A DNA stretch of 64,000 nt from the NCBI GenBank assembly GCA_973851085.1, contig OZ316776.1:3782001-3846000 (forward strand), read 5' to 3'. A program made the position numbers and the translations under genes. The DNA comes from Ptychomitrium polyphyllum. Its lineage: Eukaryota. Numbering within the stretch: position 1 is the first letter of the stretch; each line of letters begins with the position of its first letter. Of the stretch, positions 1-13,099 are shown one piece after another. The notes beneath the pieces were generated by a model. It ran no database searches, was not told the origin of the DNA, and saw nothing but the letters and a program-made list of their open reading frames with translations.

Positions 1-3000
1 TGAAGACACATTTTAAATTCAAAATGCTGTAAAGCGTAATAAATAAAATGTCATTCATATGTCCAGGTAATTAAATTTTAAATACTTTTAAAGTGATAAT
101 TTTGCTGTAAGCTGAATAATAAAGAATAAGATATGTATTTATTCCATAAAAATAAATTTTAGATATTATCAAATTTCATTTCTTTCAAAATATTTCAAAA
201 GAAGGTATAAAAGTATATATTAATTTATTTTCTTTTCAAGTATTGGAGGTTTACTTAAATCATGAATAAATATATTATTACATCTTTAAGAGTTACAAAA
301 TTATTAATTTTTCTTTACAATGATAACTACGTATTTATATTTATGCATCATTTAAATAATTCTTAAACTTGCTACATATAAAATCATTTATTTCATTGAA
401 TTAGTTATAAATTCTCATAATTCTTTATATGTATGACCAAAACACTACAAACAATAATTTTGAAAGCAAACAACAAAATTAAATGGAATGATTTTATTTT
501 ACCTTCAAAAATTGGATGATGATAAAACACTTTCCATTATATTGATGCAATACAAAAGAGTCAATTTTATATTATAAGTTATATCAATAAATACAATTGT
601 TGTATATGAGTTCAATATTTTATGAGCAATAAGATCTTTAATTAAAAATTTTATCAATAGAATTTCAATACAAACACAAAACCACTTCTATAAATAATAG
701 ACAATCCATGATTTTATAATTTTCCATCATAATTTCATCCATCGTGGGCTTTAAATTATATGTGTGTATTTATATGAACTAAAATATACCTAATGCATAT
801 ATATTTTGTTCATCAAATATTTATTCAATATATTTTTATGCACATACATGGTAGAATCTAAGATTTTCTTCCACAATGTTCTTAACAAGAGCACTTTTAT
901 TCAAAATCTTCAAAAATAAATCTAAACTTATAATTTTTATTGGTGAGGAGATAAGACATTGATTTGATATTTTAAAAGGCTATTGATTAGTAAGCTTTCT
1001 ATACCAACAATTAAATCAATGTATGCTGCTCACTCCATCTTCACATAATCATCATTGCTTTTTTATCCATCCATATTATATTATTTCATTTGGATACCAT
1101 TTAAATTATGTAATCTAATTAAAATCTTTAAGCAATATAGAATACATAATGGAGTATATAAAACAAAATCTTCATTGATCTTGTTTTTCCATCACACTTT
1201 ATAAGGTAGAAACTATTCATAAAAAATCTAATAATCAAATTATATGTTTTATAACTTTTGTTACATTCATTGACTTAGTCGACTAATGGGTGAAATAAAG
1301 TTGGATGATTTAGATGAAACACAAGCATAACAATGAATGATAATAAACAACCTTGTTGCTAAAGCTTTTAGTTTAGAGTTGCCTTGTTTGAGTGCCTCTA
1401 CAACCTACCCCATGTTAGCTTTAAGTGTCATATTTGGGTATGCTCCCCTATGTGCTGTGCTTTCCATTCAGATCATTGGAAAGCATTCATTCCTCTTTGA
1501 AGATATAGGTGGGGATGCTCATTCATTCCAATGGAACTCCCTTAGGTCCTACGTATACCATATGGCCAAGGGTATCTTTCACATTGTCTTGCAAACTGAA
1601 CAATGAGGCCATTCCTGCAGGTCTTCTTGATACCTGTACTCTACTATTCTCCTGCCTAGCCTGCAGCCCAGTAACATGACATTCTTTATCAAGGCAACAG
1701 GTCATTTGTGACATCAAAGAGATTGAGCCCCTTTACTCCCTATTTAATTTAATCTATTGTAGCACTGGAGCAAATACTACCGCTAGCTTGTTGTCAAAAG
1801 ATGGGGTTCCCCATTGTTAAAGGATGTTATGAACATACCATAGTGTCAAGCTGGTTCAAAGTGCAAAAGAAATAAATAGAGTCTTTTAAAAATTACAAGG
1901 TTAACCATCGAATGTAACAAAACTTACATTTCGATCAAAATGATAATTTATGTTTCAAGAGAATTGCCTACAAGTACATATGAAAATCTGTAAACAAAGA
2001 CATCAACACTTTTACCCTGTATTTAACTGTTTATGGACAAATCAATCAGTTGTGGACAAGTTGGACATATACATCAAGGATAGAATCTTGGAATTGTGCA
2101 AAATATTATTGGAAAGTCATCCACAATTACGTTACAAGAAGAAGAACATGCAACAAATGTATCATATTTGTGAGAATTATATACTAATTTTACATGTGTG
2201 AATGTTGAAATAATATGGCCTTTTGCAAAAATTTGAATAGATTTGAGTAGCTTCAAGTTGTACCAAGTGGCTGCTAATACAACTAAGTGGATGCTTAAAT
2301 TTATTTATGTATTTTTTTGGTCCATAATTAGTTAAATACTTGTTTCTTGCTTTCAAGTTAGAAAATGAAAGTTACAAAAGAAAGAGTGAATAATTAAACT
2401 ACACATTTTCATTGCTTTTGTAATAAAAAAACATTCAAAACATCCTATAGTTGATTAAAAATTGGATTTGAGCTAGATTGTAGTATACAATCTGAACCTT
2501 TGTCAATAAGAACTTCTATTCTTTAATAAAAGTTATATATAGTTCAATTTTTTCATTTATTATATTTGAAGTTGTAATCTTGCATTGCCAAGTTGAGCTG
2601 CATAATAACTGCTTAAAATAAATTAAACACTTGCATGTTATTTCAATGAAATAGAAGATATATTTATATAGAAATGAACCAAAACTTTTTGCGCAGCTAA
2701 AAACTACAATTTGACCTATGAATTCTTTGATGGGCTCAATGGTGTTGCATAACACCTATCAAACTTGATCAAATTCATGGCTGTGACACATGCATTTACA
2801 TCAAATGGATCTTCATCTTTTTCTGTCATTTAATTGCTAAAATTTAAAAAAACCAGGACATGAAACCATATGAGCCATTTTGAAAAATAAACAAGTGTTG
2901 TAACAAATATTCAAAGACTTTTTCATTATAATGGGATTGTAGTTCTGCATTCTAAGCTATCTCCTCATGGGCCAACAATGGGTATCAAAAAATTGCCACA

Positions 3001-6000
3001 TCTCCAAATAAGCATTTGTAGTAAAATGGCCACACTTATTGCACATCAACCTATAAACCTCTATCCACATTGTTCCATTCTGTGGGCTATCAAAAAACTT
3101 TACATTCATAGATATTGTTTACACCAACATTGAAATATTAAAAAATCTTTCTTTTGATTGTTTTGATAATGGGCTTGATCCTATAAGTTGCTGGATCTAA
3201 AGGCAATAATAATCTCTTTGGAAGTTTCTTCATCTCTAGCTTCACCAAATCCTACCTTGCCATGTTTAACAAAAGGGCTTGCTTAAATTGCTTCTCCATC
3301 ATGTCATTATATGTATTGTTCAACTTTTCCAAGTTGTAAATATATTGTTGCTGCAATAATATAGTAGCTTGAGCAACATTCAATTTGCCTATTCTTCCAG
3401 CACACAAAATCAATTATTTGTTAATGCATATGTTACCAAACAAATGACACCATATGCACAATATTGAAGATGGTCGAGTGTGTGATAGATACTAAATTGT
3501 TGAATCTGCATATAGAGGGCGCCACCGTAAGCTTATTTCCATTTGAGCTTGTGCAGAATTCTTTAACTTTTGATCTTTGTGCAATTGTACAATTCTTGTA
3601 TGGTGCTGAAAGAAGTCCTCCAATGCAAGCAAGTGAAACAACTCTATTGGTACATACAGCTACGCAACTGGAATTCCCAAAGTGGATCATGGATTGGATC
3701 TGGAGTTCCAGAAAAAATTCCTGAGGCAGCCAAGAAAAAAATCCCAACAAAACTCTAGAATAAAACCCTTGTGCTGGGAAGAAGTAACCCAACTGCCTTG
3801 ACAGAGCCTCCAAAAGAGAGCCTTTGGAAATTATAAAGAGAGGAGAAACGCCACCACCCTGACCTCTACCTTGAGAAAAATCCAGTAGCTTTAGTCCCAG
3901 AGAGACCCTAAAGAGATTCCAGGAATAAGCTTTCTCAAAGAAATATTTATTGTAACAATCTCAGTGGCAGAAATATGTAATAATGTTTCTTACAACATTT
4001 ATTCACAGGTTTTGGAGAGTGGAGGAGATGTTTTAGCTGAATACTAAGTGAATTTGCACATGAGATACTTAAGTTAGGTCAACATAGTTGACCCTAAGGC
4101 ACACTATATCAAGTAAGCTCAATTAAAAATTAGCACTGGATTGAAGATGTGTTTAAAAATGTACACGAACCAAAATAATTTAGAAGATGTTCCAGTTTGT
4201 AATAAGCTTTGAAATGTTTTGTTGGTTTTTATTTCCAGGTTATTTGAACTAACATATTTTGACAAAGTTGTTAATATTATGATTATTGACTCTCCTTGTT
4301 TGTAGGTTGTTTGCACTATTGCAAGTTCTTGGTGATAGATGTGAGAACATTCTAATGTTTACATGTGTTATACCTCTTTTTATAGGCAAAGAAAAGCTGA
4401 TAATATTTTTATTAAAATAAAGGGTGATGGAAAAGTAGAATATACTTTGAATGCTTAGTTTTGCTTACTCTTTAAATGCAATATTTAGGGAAAACACGGT
4501 TAGGTGATAACAAAAAAATAGTGTTTAGCACAAATGTATGAAAAAGGGAAGTTTGACAAGTTGGTTAAATGTTATACTTTAAAGTGGTTAGAAAATGGTA
4601 ATGGATGTTATAGGATGGTGGAAATGTTTTTAATGTTAAAGGCTATTCATGTAGTTCCACACCTTCTAGAAAAGGATCACTTCTTCATAAATGTGCCTAT
4701 TTATTTAATGCTAACAGAATCCATTTGGTCCATAAAAACTTTTATAACTCCATAGCACAAGCATATTCCTATACTTCGATTATATATAGGACACTACAAG
4801 AAAACAACATAAAAGTGTTTGGTGAAATTCGTAGTACACAACATCAAGGAACCATTTGAGATGTTGCAGACTTACTGCAAGCCTATGTCAGGAGCTTATA
4901 AACATATTACCTACAATAATATTGCATCTGTATTGACACAAGAAAAAACATCATTCCAGTACCCTTTCGATAAACCTTGATGCATAAAAAACTCAGCAGT
5001 ACTGTAACACACACATCTGTCAAAGTACTGTGAAAGACGCTATTGTACAGCTGTAGTATTGAATATTGCAATGAAAGTATACATATGCTTGGGTTACTAC
5101 AACAGTACTGCAAAAGTGATGCAACAGTAGACAAGGAACTAGCTAGAGGTCATCATGCAAAAGCATCCATGAACTTGTTACATTTTCAATCTGGCCTAAA
5201 TAAAGCTACCAGCCCAAAGAGCACCCCAGAGACCCCCGGGTTGAAGTGGAAAAAAACGAACCATTATGTTGGATGAAAATTCATGGATGAAAATGGGATC
5301 AGGATGAATGCGGGATATGGGGGAGCCACCCTTCTCCATGGCACTCCCTAGAGTGGAGTTGATGTCCTGGATTTGAATCCAACAACTGCCACTTGCTCAA
5401 GGTAGCTATAATTTCATTTATATTATTTATTATTTATTTAACTTTCTTTCTCTTTCCTAAATGTAAGTCTAAGTGCCATGTCACACATTATGGTGTTTCA
5501 CAACTTTGTTTTTGTATAGAATCGATTTTATGTTCTTATTTCTAGTGCTTAATTGTATTAGAGTACATTTATTGTGTCATGTTATTCTATAAATATTAAA
5601 ACATTACCCAATACAAAATTCAAAGTAAAGAATTTACTTCCAAGTTATTCTTACCACTACCTTTGCTTTTACGCATGCAACAACCACTTTCTTATATGAG
5701 CCAATTAAAAGTTATTATTTTAAATAATTCCTTTTTGTGCAATAAACTCATAACTATAATGGAATATTGTAAAAACATAGATGAAGTTAGAGTTGGCCAT
5801 AAAGATGCAATGACCATAAAAAATTTCTACATATGTTCTGAATGTAGGAGAGACTTGCACCCTTTAATAGTAATAATAAAAGAATGTCAATTTTTTTCCC
5901 TTATAATTAATTTCAAAACACTTTTTATTTTTTTTGAATTTTAACAATTATAATAATATAAAAGCATTTTTGATAGCAGAGGCAGATCCAAACTAACAGA

Positions 6001-6300
6001 TATACCTTTTAGATTATAATGTATAAAATACATTATAATATACCTGCAAAATATTTTTGGAAGTTTAATTATACAACACACATTGTCATGTGTTAAATTT
6101 CATGAGACCTTCAAGTAGTAAAGGATTGACAAAATACCACAAAATTTTAAAAGCACAACATGTAAGTTCTTTTTATTAGATTCGTAAACCCAAACCTTTT
6201 TATTAGATTTGTAATTTAAAAAAACCAAAAAACCAGAAAAAAGAAGAAGAAATAAAGATGAAGGGAAAAAAGGAAAAAAAAGGAAAAAGGAAGGCTTTCT
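1..6300. mobile_element. AT-rich mosaic of decayed transposon DNA
   Basis: Very AT-rich, CG dinucleotides nearly absent, no intact ORF. Short protein-like relics include minus-strand CNKCGHF near 3030-3050 and LKW...IHVVP...FFIN near 4575-4695. Element boundaries cannot be resolved. Confidence 0.55.
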
Positions 6301-8496
6301 AAAATTACTTGTAAACTGCTGCTCAGGTGGAGCCTTGCTCCGCACACTGTCACGTATGCACACCTAAACAAGTCACCGTACCCAAATCCGACATCATGTG
6401 CGACACGCCTGTATTTCCCCTCCGTACGATCTACGATACGCGCAGACAATGCCGATTATATATGCAGTGACGGTTCATAAGGGTACTTAAAACCGACATC
6501 ATCTCCAGTATTTGTCGATTTAAGACAATAACATGTACGAAAGGTGTAGATGACGTCGAATAGGAGGGCGCAGTGACCGTCTTCGGCATGCACACTGTAT
6601 GTGATCACGGCGGAACTAGAGCGCCGAGCCAGCCGGGGAGCTGCAGGGAGCGTGGGCATGGAGCTCAGCTGCAATGATGACTGCGCATGTAGATTCCACA
6701 TTCCAGATTCTGGAAATCTTCTTCCAAATTTCGTTCCACTTTGGTGTTAGACGGCGTGCATTGCAGCATGTGCTTTTGGTTCCGCTCCAGGTTAAGCAGG
6801 GTCACTATATTAAGCCAGAGAGGGCCTGGGAGTCATTCGCCTGAGCATGCATTAATAGCAGAGCATTGCCAAATGGATACAAAGTGGAGGGTGGAATCTG
6901 CAGCTATTTATGTCTGACAATGGCCGTTCATCATTGGAGCGCCTCTGTTTAGCCGCTCGAGAATGTTCAGTGGGAGTTCATTCTGTGAGTCGCTCTGCAG
7001 ACTTGGCTTCTCCGTTTTGCTTTCACCGGGACCCGAGGGCACCCGCTTCAGCAAACACCGATACTTTATCGTGAGAAGTGGCGAACATAGTCTATTTCAT
7101 GCCTTGACAACGCCCAAAAAACTAGTGGGAGTGAACGACTTGGGTTCGAGTTCTTAAAAAAATCACACCACTTGAGTGCAGACGTATATAGGTGAAAAGG
7201 CATGCATTTTCCGGGGGGGAAACTGATTCTGTAACTTGCGGTTTTTCCTTTTAAAAAAATGATCAAAAGTGACAAGACACAAGTGATTTGCTTTTCTCAC
7301 TTAGTCGAGAAATCAGTTGTACCCAAAAAGAAACTGGTGAGTTAACCATTCACACGATGTCCGCCGTAGATTTGAACTACACATCGGTCACAAGTCTGAG
7401 AAGCTAAGCCGTTAGAAGCACCATCTTTAATTTAGACTTGGATGGTTGTTCCCGTGCTCCAAAACTTGCTGGCCTGAGAAGGTGCCGGGTGAGGTTTAAT
7501 GTGTTAAGCCAGATTAGAAGAGGGCTTGAAGCGAGCTAAAGTGGCATGTTCACTAAAACAGACGTTTTGAGAATGCTGAGAGCAACGCGTACTCTACATC
7601 TAAAGCGTACTACTATTCCTCCTGCAATGCAGAGTACTTAGATTCACTTGTGTCAATTTAAGACAGGACAAATAGTTTTCAGAAACGTACAAAACATGCT
7701 GTCCCAAATTTACACATAGCCTCGGAGCTCGAGCACATGACAGGAGAATGTGAAGAAACAAGACAACAATAAAACAAAACTCGTTGATTGCAACAGTAAT
7801 GCTGGCAGGAGAATCATAACCTTCCCGAGCTGGAATATGAGCCGTGCATGGCCCTACCACAGGTGTGCATAGAGCTGCACGTTGCCTTTGGAACAGATAT
7901 ATCATCTGTTGCAGAATTAATTACAGGGCGTAAGTGCCGTGAGTGACTGTAGAGGAATCAGGAGAGTCTCGAGATCCAACTCTCTAGCTTCTAGTTAAGT
8001 CTTGGTAGGAGAAATTGCGAAGGAACCAACTACTACCACCCACAGTGGTTAAAACATTAGCCACAGCTGCCAGAGTTCAACATGATCTTTCAAAACTAAC
8101 AAGTGATACAAAAACCAAGTCTTCAAACGTTGACGCTGCTGATCTTTTTTGACAACAAGAATGTGTAAGGCATTGAGAGTAGAAATAATGTGTGTCACTA
8201 GAATTGATTTAAACTCAGCCGATTAACATGATTTCCTAGTGCAAAAGAAAAGCCAGCCTCAATAATCAATAGCGCTTGCCTGAGAAGAAGGATCCAAGCT
8301 TTCTCCATGAAAAAAAAGAGTGTCCTAAAAAAGTCGACTGATACTTCACTTCAACCAATACATGAATGAATTAGTTCAAGATTCACACGAAATCTCTGCA
8401 CCTCCCTAAATAGTGTAGTAAAAAAGAGAGATAGGTTCCAAGCCTCTAAGGTCTTCCAAAGTTGGACCTTGCCGAAGAGCTCTTTGAGACTACCTC

Positions 8497-11400
8497 TTAA
8501 GCCCTAACGACCTCAGATTCAGAGGCTTCTGCTTCTGACTTGGTTTCTGCATCACCAGAATCTTCCTCCAGATCAAGTGTCGCATCAAATCCAAAATCTT
8601 GTCCAGGCTCAAAAATGGCATCCAGCTCATCTGCATTTTTGTCAGTTGCAAGGTTCTTCTTTGCTTTAATTCCTTCCTGTCCCACAAAGCAAAACAGAAA
8701 AACGAAAAAAGGAAAATTATAAGCAGCAAAACTATCTTCACTTGTGAATGCAGAAACACAGCTACCATCTCTGAAAATACAACAAAAGAGCATAATTTAG
8801 CTCATTCTTACTTGGTCTTAGCTATGAAAATATAAACAGATGACTTCGACAATGCTGCATTTGTTTTACAAGATGATTCAACTGATAACCTTTACAACGC
8901 ACATGAGTTAGCAGATAAGCGCGTAATGGTGTGTACCTTCTCAACATACTCAACTAGAACCGTCCGCACTATCTCCTCAATAACAAACTTCCGTACCCTT
9001 GAAACTCCCATCATATTCAGCAACACACTTGTGGGGACCTGTTCACAAAGTCTGACTCAATATATATCAAATTATAAGATGCAGGACTACTCTGGAAGGT
9101 CAGACACCAAGTGCAACTGGTTGTCGAATTCTATCAATAGGATATACATGAAATCATATATCACCATCTATGAACCAGAAAAATTATAAAATGTGGAAAA
9201 AGGCGAGCTTCTGGTTTAGGGACGCTATACTTATCTATGTGGTAAATTTTTATCTTCGAGATCTTACTTGTGAGTAATAAGAGTTCCTGAAAATAGAGGA
9301 CATAATTCATCCAAGGTCTACGGAACCACAAGTCCAATGCAATATTCAAGAGTTTTGCGCTTGGTATAGAGAACTTACAATAGATGTTTTTCCTGATAGC
9401 CAAATTGGTACAGTTACGCACAACACCACACAAAGATTCAATTTCCATGAGCACTGTCCAGAAAATATTTTCTGTGGTTCTTTCTCCAAGGTACACAATA
9501 TGATCTTGACCTAACGAAAGTTTTAACACCAACTGATAAACTAATGCCATATTTGAGCGAGTAGGCTTTCTTCTGGAAATCAGATGGTATTACTGCACTT
9601 GCAGTCAATACTGATTTGAGACATGGTTGTTTATTGTTCGCTGACAACCTTGAAATATATAGATGACAAACAACACACAGAGGCGACTACAAAGAGATAA
9701 AAATCAGGATAAGAATGGGAATGACGACAAGGTATAATCATATGAGTCCAGTCAACAATTAAACGGCCAGCAATTACAATACGAAGCGTGCACGTAAAAT
9801 GATACAGGATACAGAAGCTTGTACACTAAAAACTTTTTAATCCGGATGGTAACGAACGGAAAAGGAGAGAGAGTTGAGGAAAATCATGAAAAATTTACCT
9901 CCTTTAGCTTTACGAAAACCAGGCACTGGGGGAGCATTCTTAGCAAGGCTCCTCACAACCGTGTCAAAAGCTCTCTGTGTATCCTTTCCTGACAAATCTA
10001 CCCTTAACTACATCCATGCCCCCCAAACGGATCAATTTAGTCAATAAATCTTGGAACCAATAAGAAAACCGTGGGGCTAAGTTATTCGGTACACTGTAGA
10101 GTCAAAGGTAACAAACGACCTTATAATTGTATAACGTAACCACCGTGTGTATACCAAATTCTACAATACCAACATATGATTATAAAGTTTTGCTGATTTC
10201 CTGTATCTTACACCCTTGTTAACCTGCTCTTTTAAACGTCTCAATGAACATCCTCGTTTTCAAGTTTGCGCATATTCTATGAGTTTCAGTTTCTATGCGC
10301 ATATTACCAATTTAAGAGAATGAATAACAAAGCCAGTGCCGCTGATTCTTACTCTAAGCTTCAGGTCTTGAGGAGGTTGGGCCTCGATTTTGGCATCCTT
10401 TATCAATGACAAATTGCCACTGCTAGAGAGCGGAGCTGTCCCAATCACATCACACATGATCACCAGTGAAGAACAAAGCCAACGACAAATTGTGAAGCAA
10501 GGACGAGGTCAACGTGACATACACGTGTATTCTTGGAAGATTTTGGTCTAGAAAAGCCAACACTAACAATGTCTGGTCTTCAATAAAAAGAAACTGTAAC
10601 AGAGGATATCCTTAATACATGTATTGTAACAATTTAAGAGTGTATGCCGAAAGAAAAATGCACACAACTAGAGGGATGCTCACTTAGAGATCACAACAAG
10701 AAGTTGATTAAGTTTTGGAGTGAAAATCTGACGTTTTCTACCAAAGCCAAGGATTAAATCTGAAATAAAGCTAAGAATTTGCGACGAGAATAAATAGTGA
10801 TTTTACAGCACTCTAGACCATGTTCACAAGAGTATCCAGCCAAAAAATAAAAACTGAAGTCTAGAAGTAAGAAGTGAAGATATGTGAAATATAATAATGG
10901 CGTACGTACCTTGGCTGATATCAGAAGTGTTTTGAGAAGATTTATACTCATACTTGACAGCAGAAGGTTGGACTGGTCCTCGTTGGCGTAGTGTACGGCT
11001 TTGACGTTCAACCCTGTTGCAACACAGTGCATATCGTCTTGTAAGGCGATTCACATCTCCAAGGCCATTGCGAACTCGGGTCTAAAGAAAACCGGCACTA
11101 AAGATCTGCATATCACTATTGATCGTAGGCACATTGGAGTTGTAAATCTAGGGTTTCCATAAGTACAATGCATCCCCAGCATTTTACGTTCAAAGGTAAT
11201 TCAAGAATGAAGCGCATCAATCTTGCACGACCTTGAAAAGTAAGCATAGAAATTGTCCTTCGCCATTGCCAGGACATGTACCTCAAGACCGGGGCACCAA
11301 AGAGTGCTGATGAAGATCTTCCACAATTACATTGAGGAGCAGGAAAGGCACTGCGTAATCCACCAACTTCTCCAGAAAGCCGCTGTCATGACAGCCACAT

Positions 11401-12521
11401 GAATATTATTTGGATACTGAGTAGATTACAGAATACCAATTTTAAGTAATATGCTATCAGCTGAAGTATTAAAGGACCTGTATACACCATGATAATCAGT
11501 TTCAGGTATGCAATGTAAACGACGGCAGTAAATTAATCAAGCTACCGTGTCGCGAGTGCACATATTCACCAAGTTAAATCATACCAAACTACGGCTCAAC
11601 CATGGGTACTAATTCAGAAACTGAAACGAAGGCCATGGTGGAGATAGTGAACAACCAAACAAGCATCCAGGGGTAAGCCAGATCCCATAAACAACAGATT
11701 CCCATTTCCACAGCCACCTCTGGATTGCAGTCTTTTCAACTGCTTGGGAATGTGGGTTCCTAGATAGGCTGTGGAAATTGGTGCATGTCAATTCCGGGAC
11801 TTCCACCTTAGTGCAATATCCTCAGGAGCAGAGAGTTTCCAACCCTAAACATGGCATTAACATAAGCCAAGAGGATTGCCTTCCTCAGGATTACGAGGAC
11901 TTGACCAAAAAAGCGAGAGAATCACATAACACAAGCATGGAGCAGCTCAATCTCTTCAGGTCCCAGCGCATTCCTCTTCTTCTGAAATCACTCAAAAATA
12001 AAACACAGACTGAATACAAGACTACTAATCGGCTCCAGTAAGCCAATCTTCTCACAGCAACCAAACCCGAATAAGAAAAAGGTCACAGATTCACGTTTCC
12101 TCGAGTTCAATCAAAAGGACACGTGCAACTGATGGCTCAGGTGAACTCGCTCCCTCTTCCACAAGCTGCCAACTAAACTTCAACCACTGCCCATAAACCC
12201 CCCAAGACGTAGCCTCTGCAGCTTGGATGATTGCCAGAAAGAGGATAAGCTCAAGTCCCACTAGATTGCTGCAATCTCTCAGCCCAAACCGCAATCTTCC
12301 AACCCAAGGTGCAACCTTTCAACCCAACCTGCAGTCTTTCCACACAAAACTGCAACCTTTCCAAACTGCAATCTTTCAGCCCAAGGTGCCCAAGGTGCAA
12401 TTCTTCGAGCCAAGGTGCAACCTTGCGACCAGATAAGGCTGAAGCAAGAGCTTACTACGGAAGTGGAAGGGGCGGTGTGCAGGGCGGTGCACGCTGCCGA
12501 CTGTATGGCCACCATAGCCAT
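8497..12521 (-). CDS. Chloroplast trigger-factor ribosome-binding (N-terminal) domain protein, about 252 aa, 8 exons
   Basis: Exons 12521-12456, 11382-11282, 11013-10910, 10435-10353, 10007-9899, 9392-9379, 9038-8937, 8676-8497. All introns are GT-AG and phase-consistent (759 nt). Ser/Ala-rich transit-like N-terminus, then LRVDLSGKDTQRAFDTVVRSLAKNAPPVPGFRKAKGGKTSIVPTSVLL carrying the trigger-factor PGFRxxKG signature. No PPIase domain. The three 5' exons are less certain than the core. Confidence 0.85.
12269..12427. repeat. Degenerate ~20-bp minisatellite, about 8 units, in intron 1 of the trigger-factor-like gene
   Basis: Units such as ctgcaatctctcagcccaaa, gtgcaacctttcaacccaac, ctgcaatctttcagcccaag, gtgcaattcttcgagccaag. 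Confidence 0.75.
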
Positions 12522-12743
12522 TGTACTCCCTGGTCAGCTTGGTTGAGCACCGTGTGTGAGAGAGTGTGTCCACAGTCTCCCACAATTGAAGCTTCGCAAC
12601 GAGGAGTGGTGTGAGAATCCAGGGAAGGCCAAACCTATCCGGTGACAGGTGCTGGTTTTAGCAATGCAGGGGGTCACTGTTGTTTCCTCTCAGTCCAAGT
12701 GGGATGGGTTGTCCTTCTGGGATCGCAGCGTTACACTGGTGGA

Positions 12744-12797
12744 TACACTACACTACACTACACTACACTACACTACACTACACTACACTACACTACA
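12744..12797. repeat. (TACAC)n pentanucleotide microsatellite, about 10-11 units
   Basis: Perfect tacactacactacac run about 220 bp upstream of the ATG at 12521. Confidence 0.97.
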
Positions 12798-13099
12798 GCT
12801 CTTTTATCGGTTTTCAATTTTCAGTTTTCAATTTTGGGAAGTTTTTCATTGCAGCAAGAGTGGCACCTGATAATGGTACTCATTTACAGCTGCTTATCTT
12901 TCTTGTTCAAAGGTGCACCTAGTTCATCCAAATGTTTGGTTTTTCAGCTAGATGGAAGGTTTTCATCCAACAGTAGAAGTAATTTTGGTAAAAAGAACGA
13001 GATTAGGGGATGCAGCAGTAGGTTATTCTGTGCCTAGAAGCTAGATAGCAGTTTGGTGATCTTTTGCCAAGTTCAAAATATTGTTCATGATGAATAATG

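Noticed and set aside
5355..5392. tRNA 3'-half or SINE-like string gtcctggatttgaatccaacaactgcca
   Set aside because: Degenerate B box with no A box, acceptor stem or cloverleaf; not callable as a tRNA.
9438..9647. 69-aa minus-strand ORF as an extra trigger-factor exon
   Set aside because: Not needed, since the 14-nt micro-exon already gives a continuous conserved domain.
11841..11850. AACCCTAAAC as a telomerase RNA template or interstitial telomere
   Set aside because: Single unit inside an intron, with no USE/TATA Pol III promoter or tandem array.
12269..12427. Spaced repeats resembling a CRISPR array
   Set aside because: Contiguous degenerate units without unique spacers, inside a eukaryotic intron, with no cas genes.
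12642..13037. ORFs with YTTLH repeats
   Set aside because: Translation of the TACAC microsatellite in three frames.
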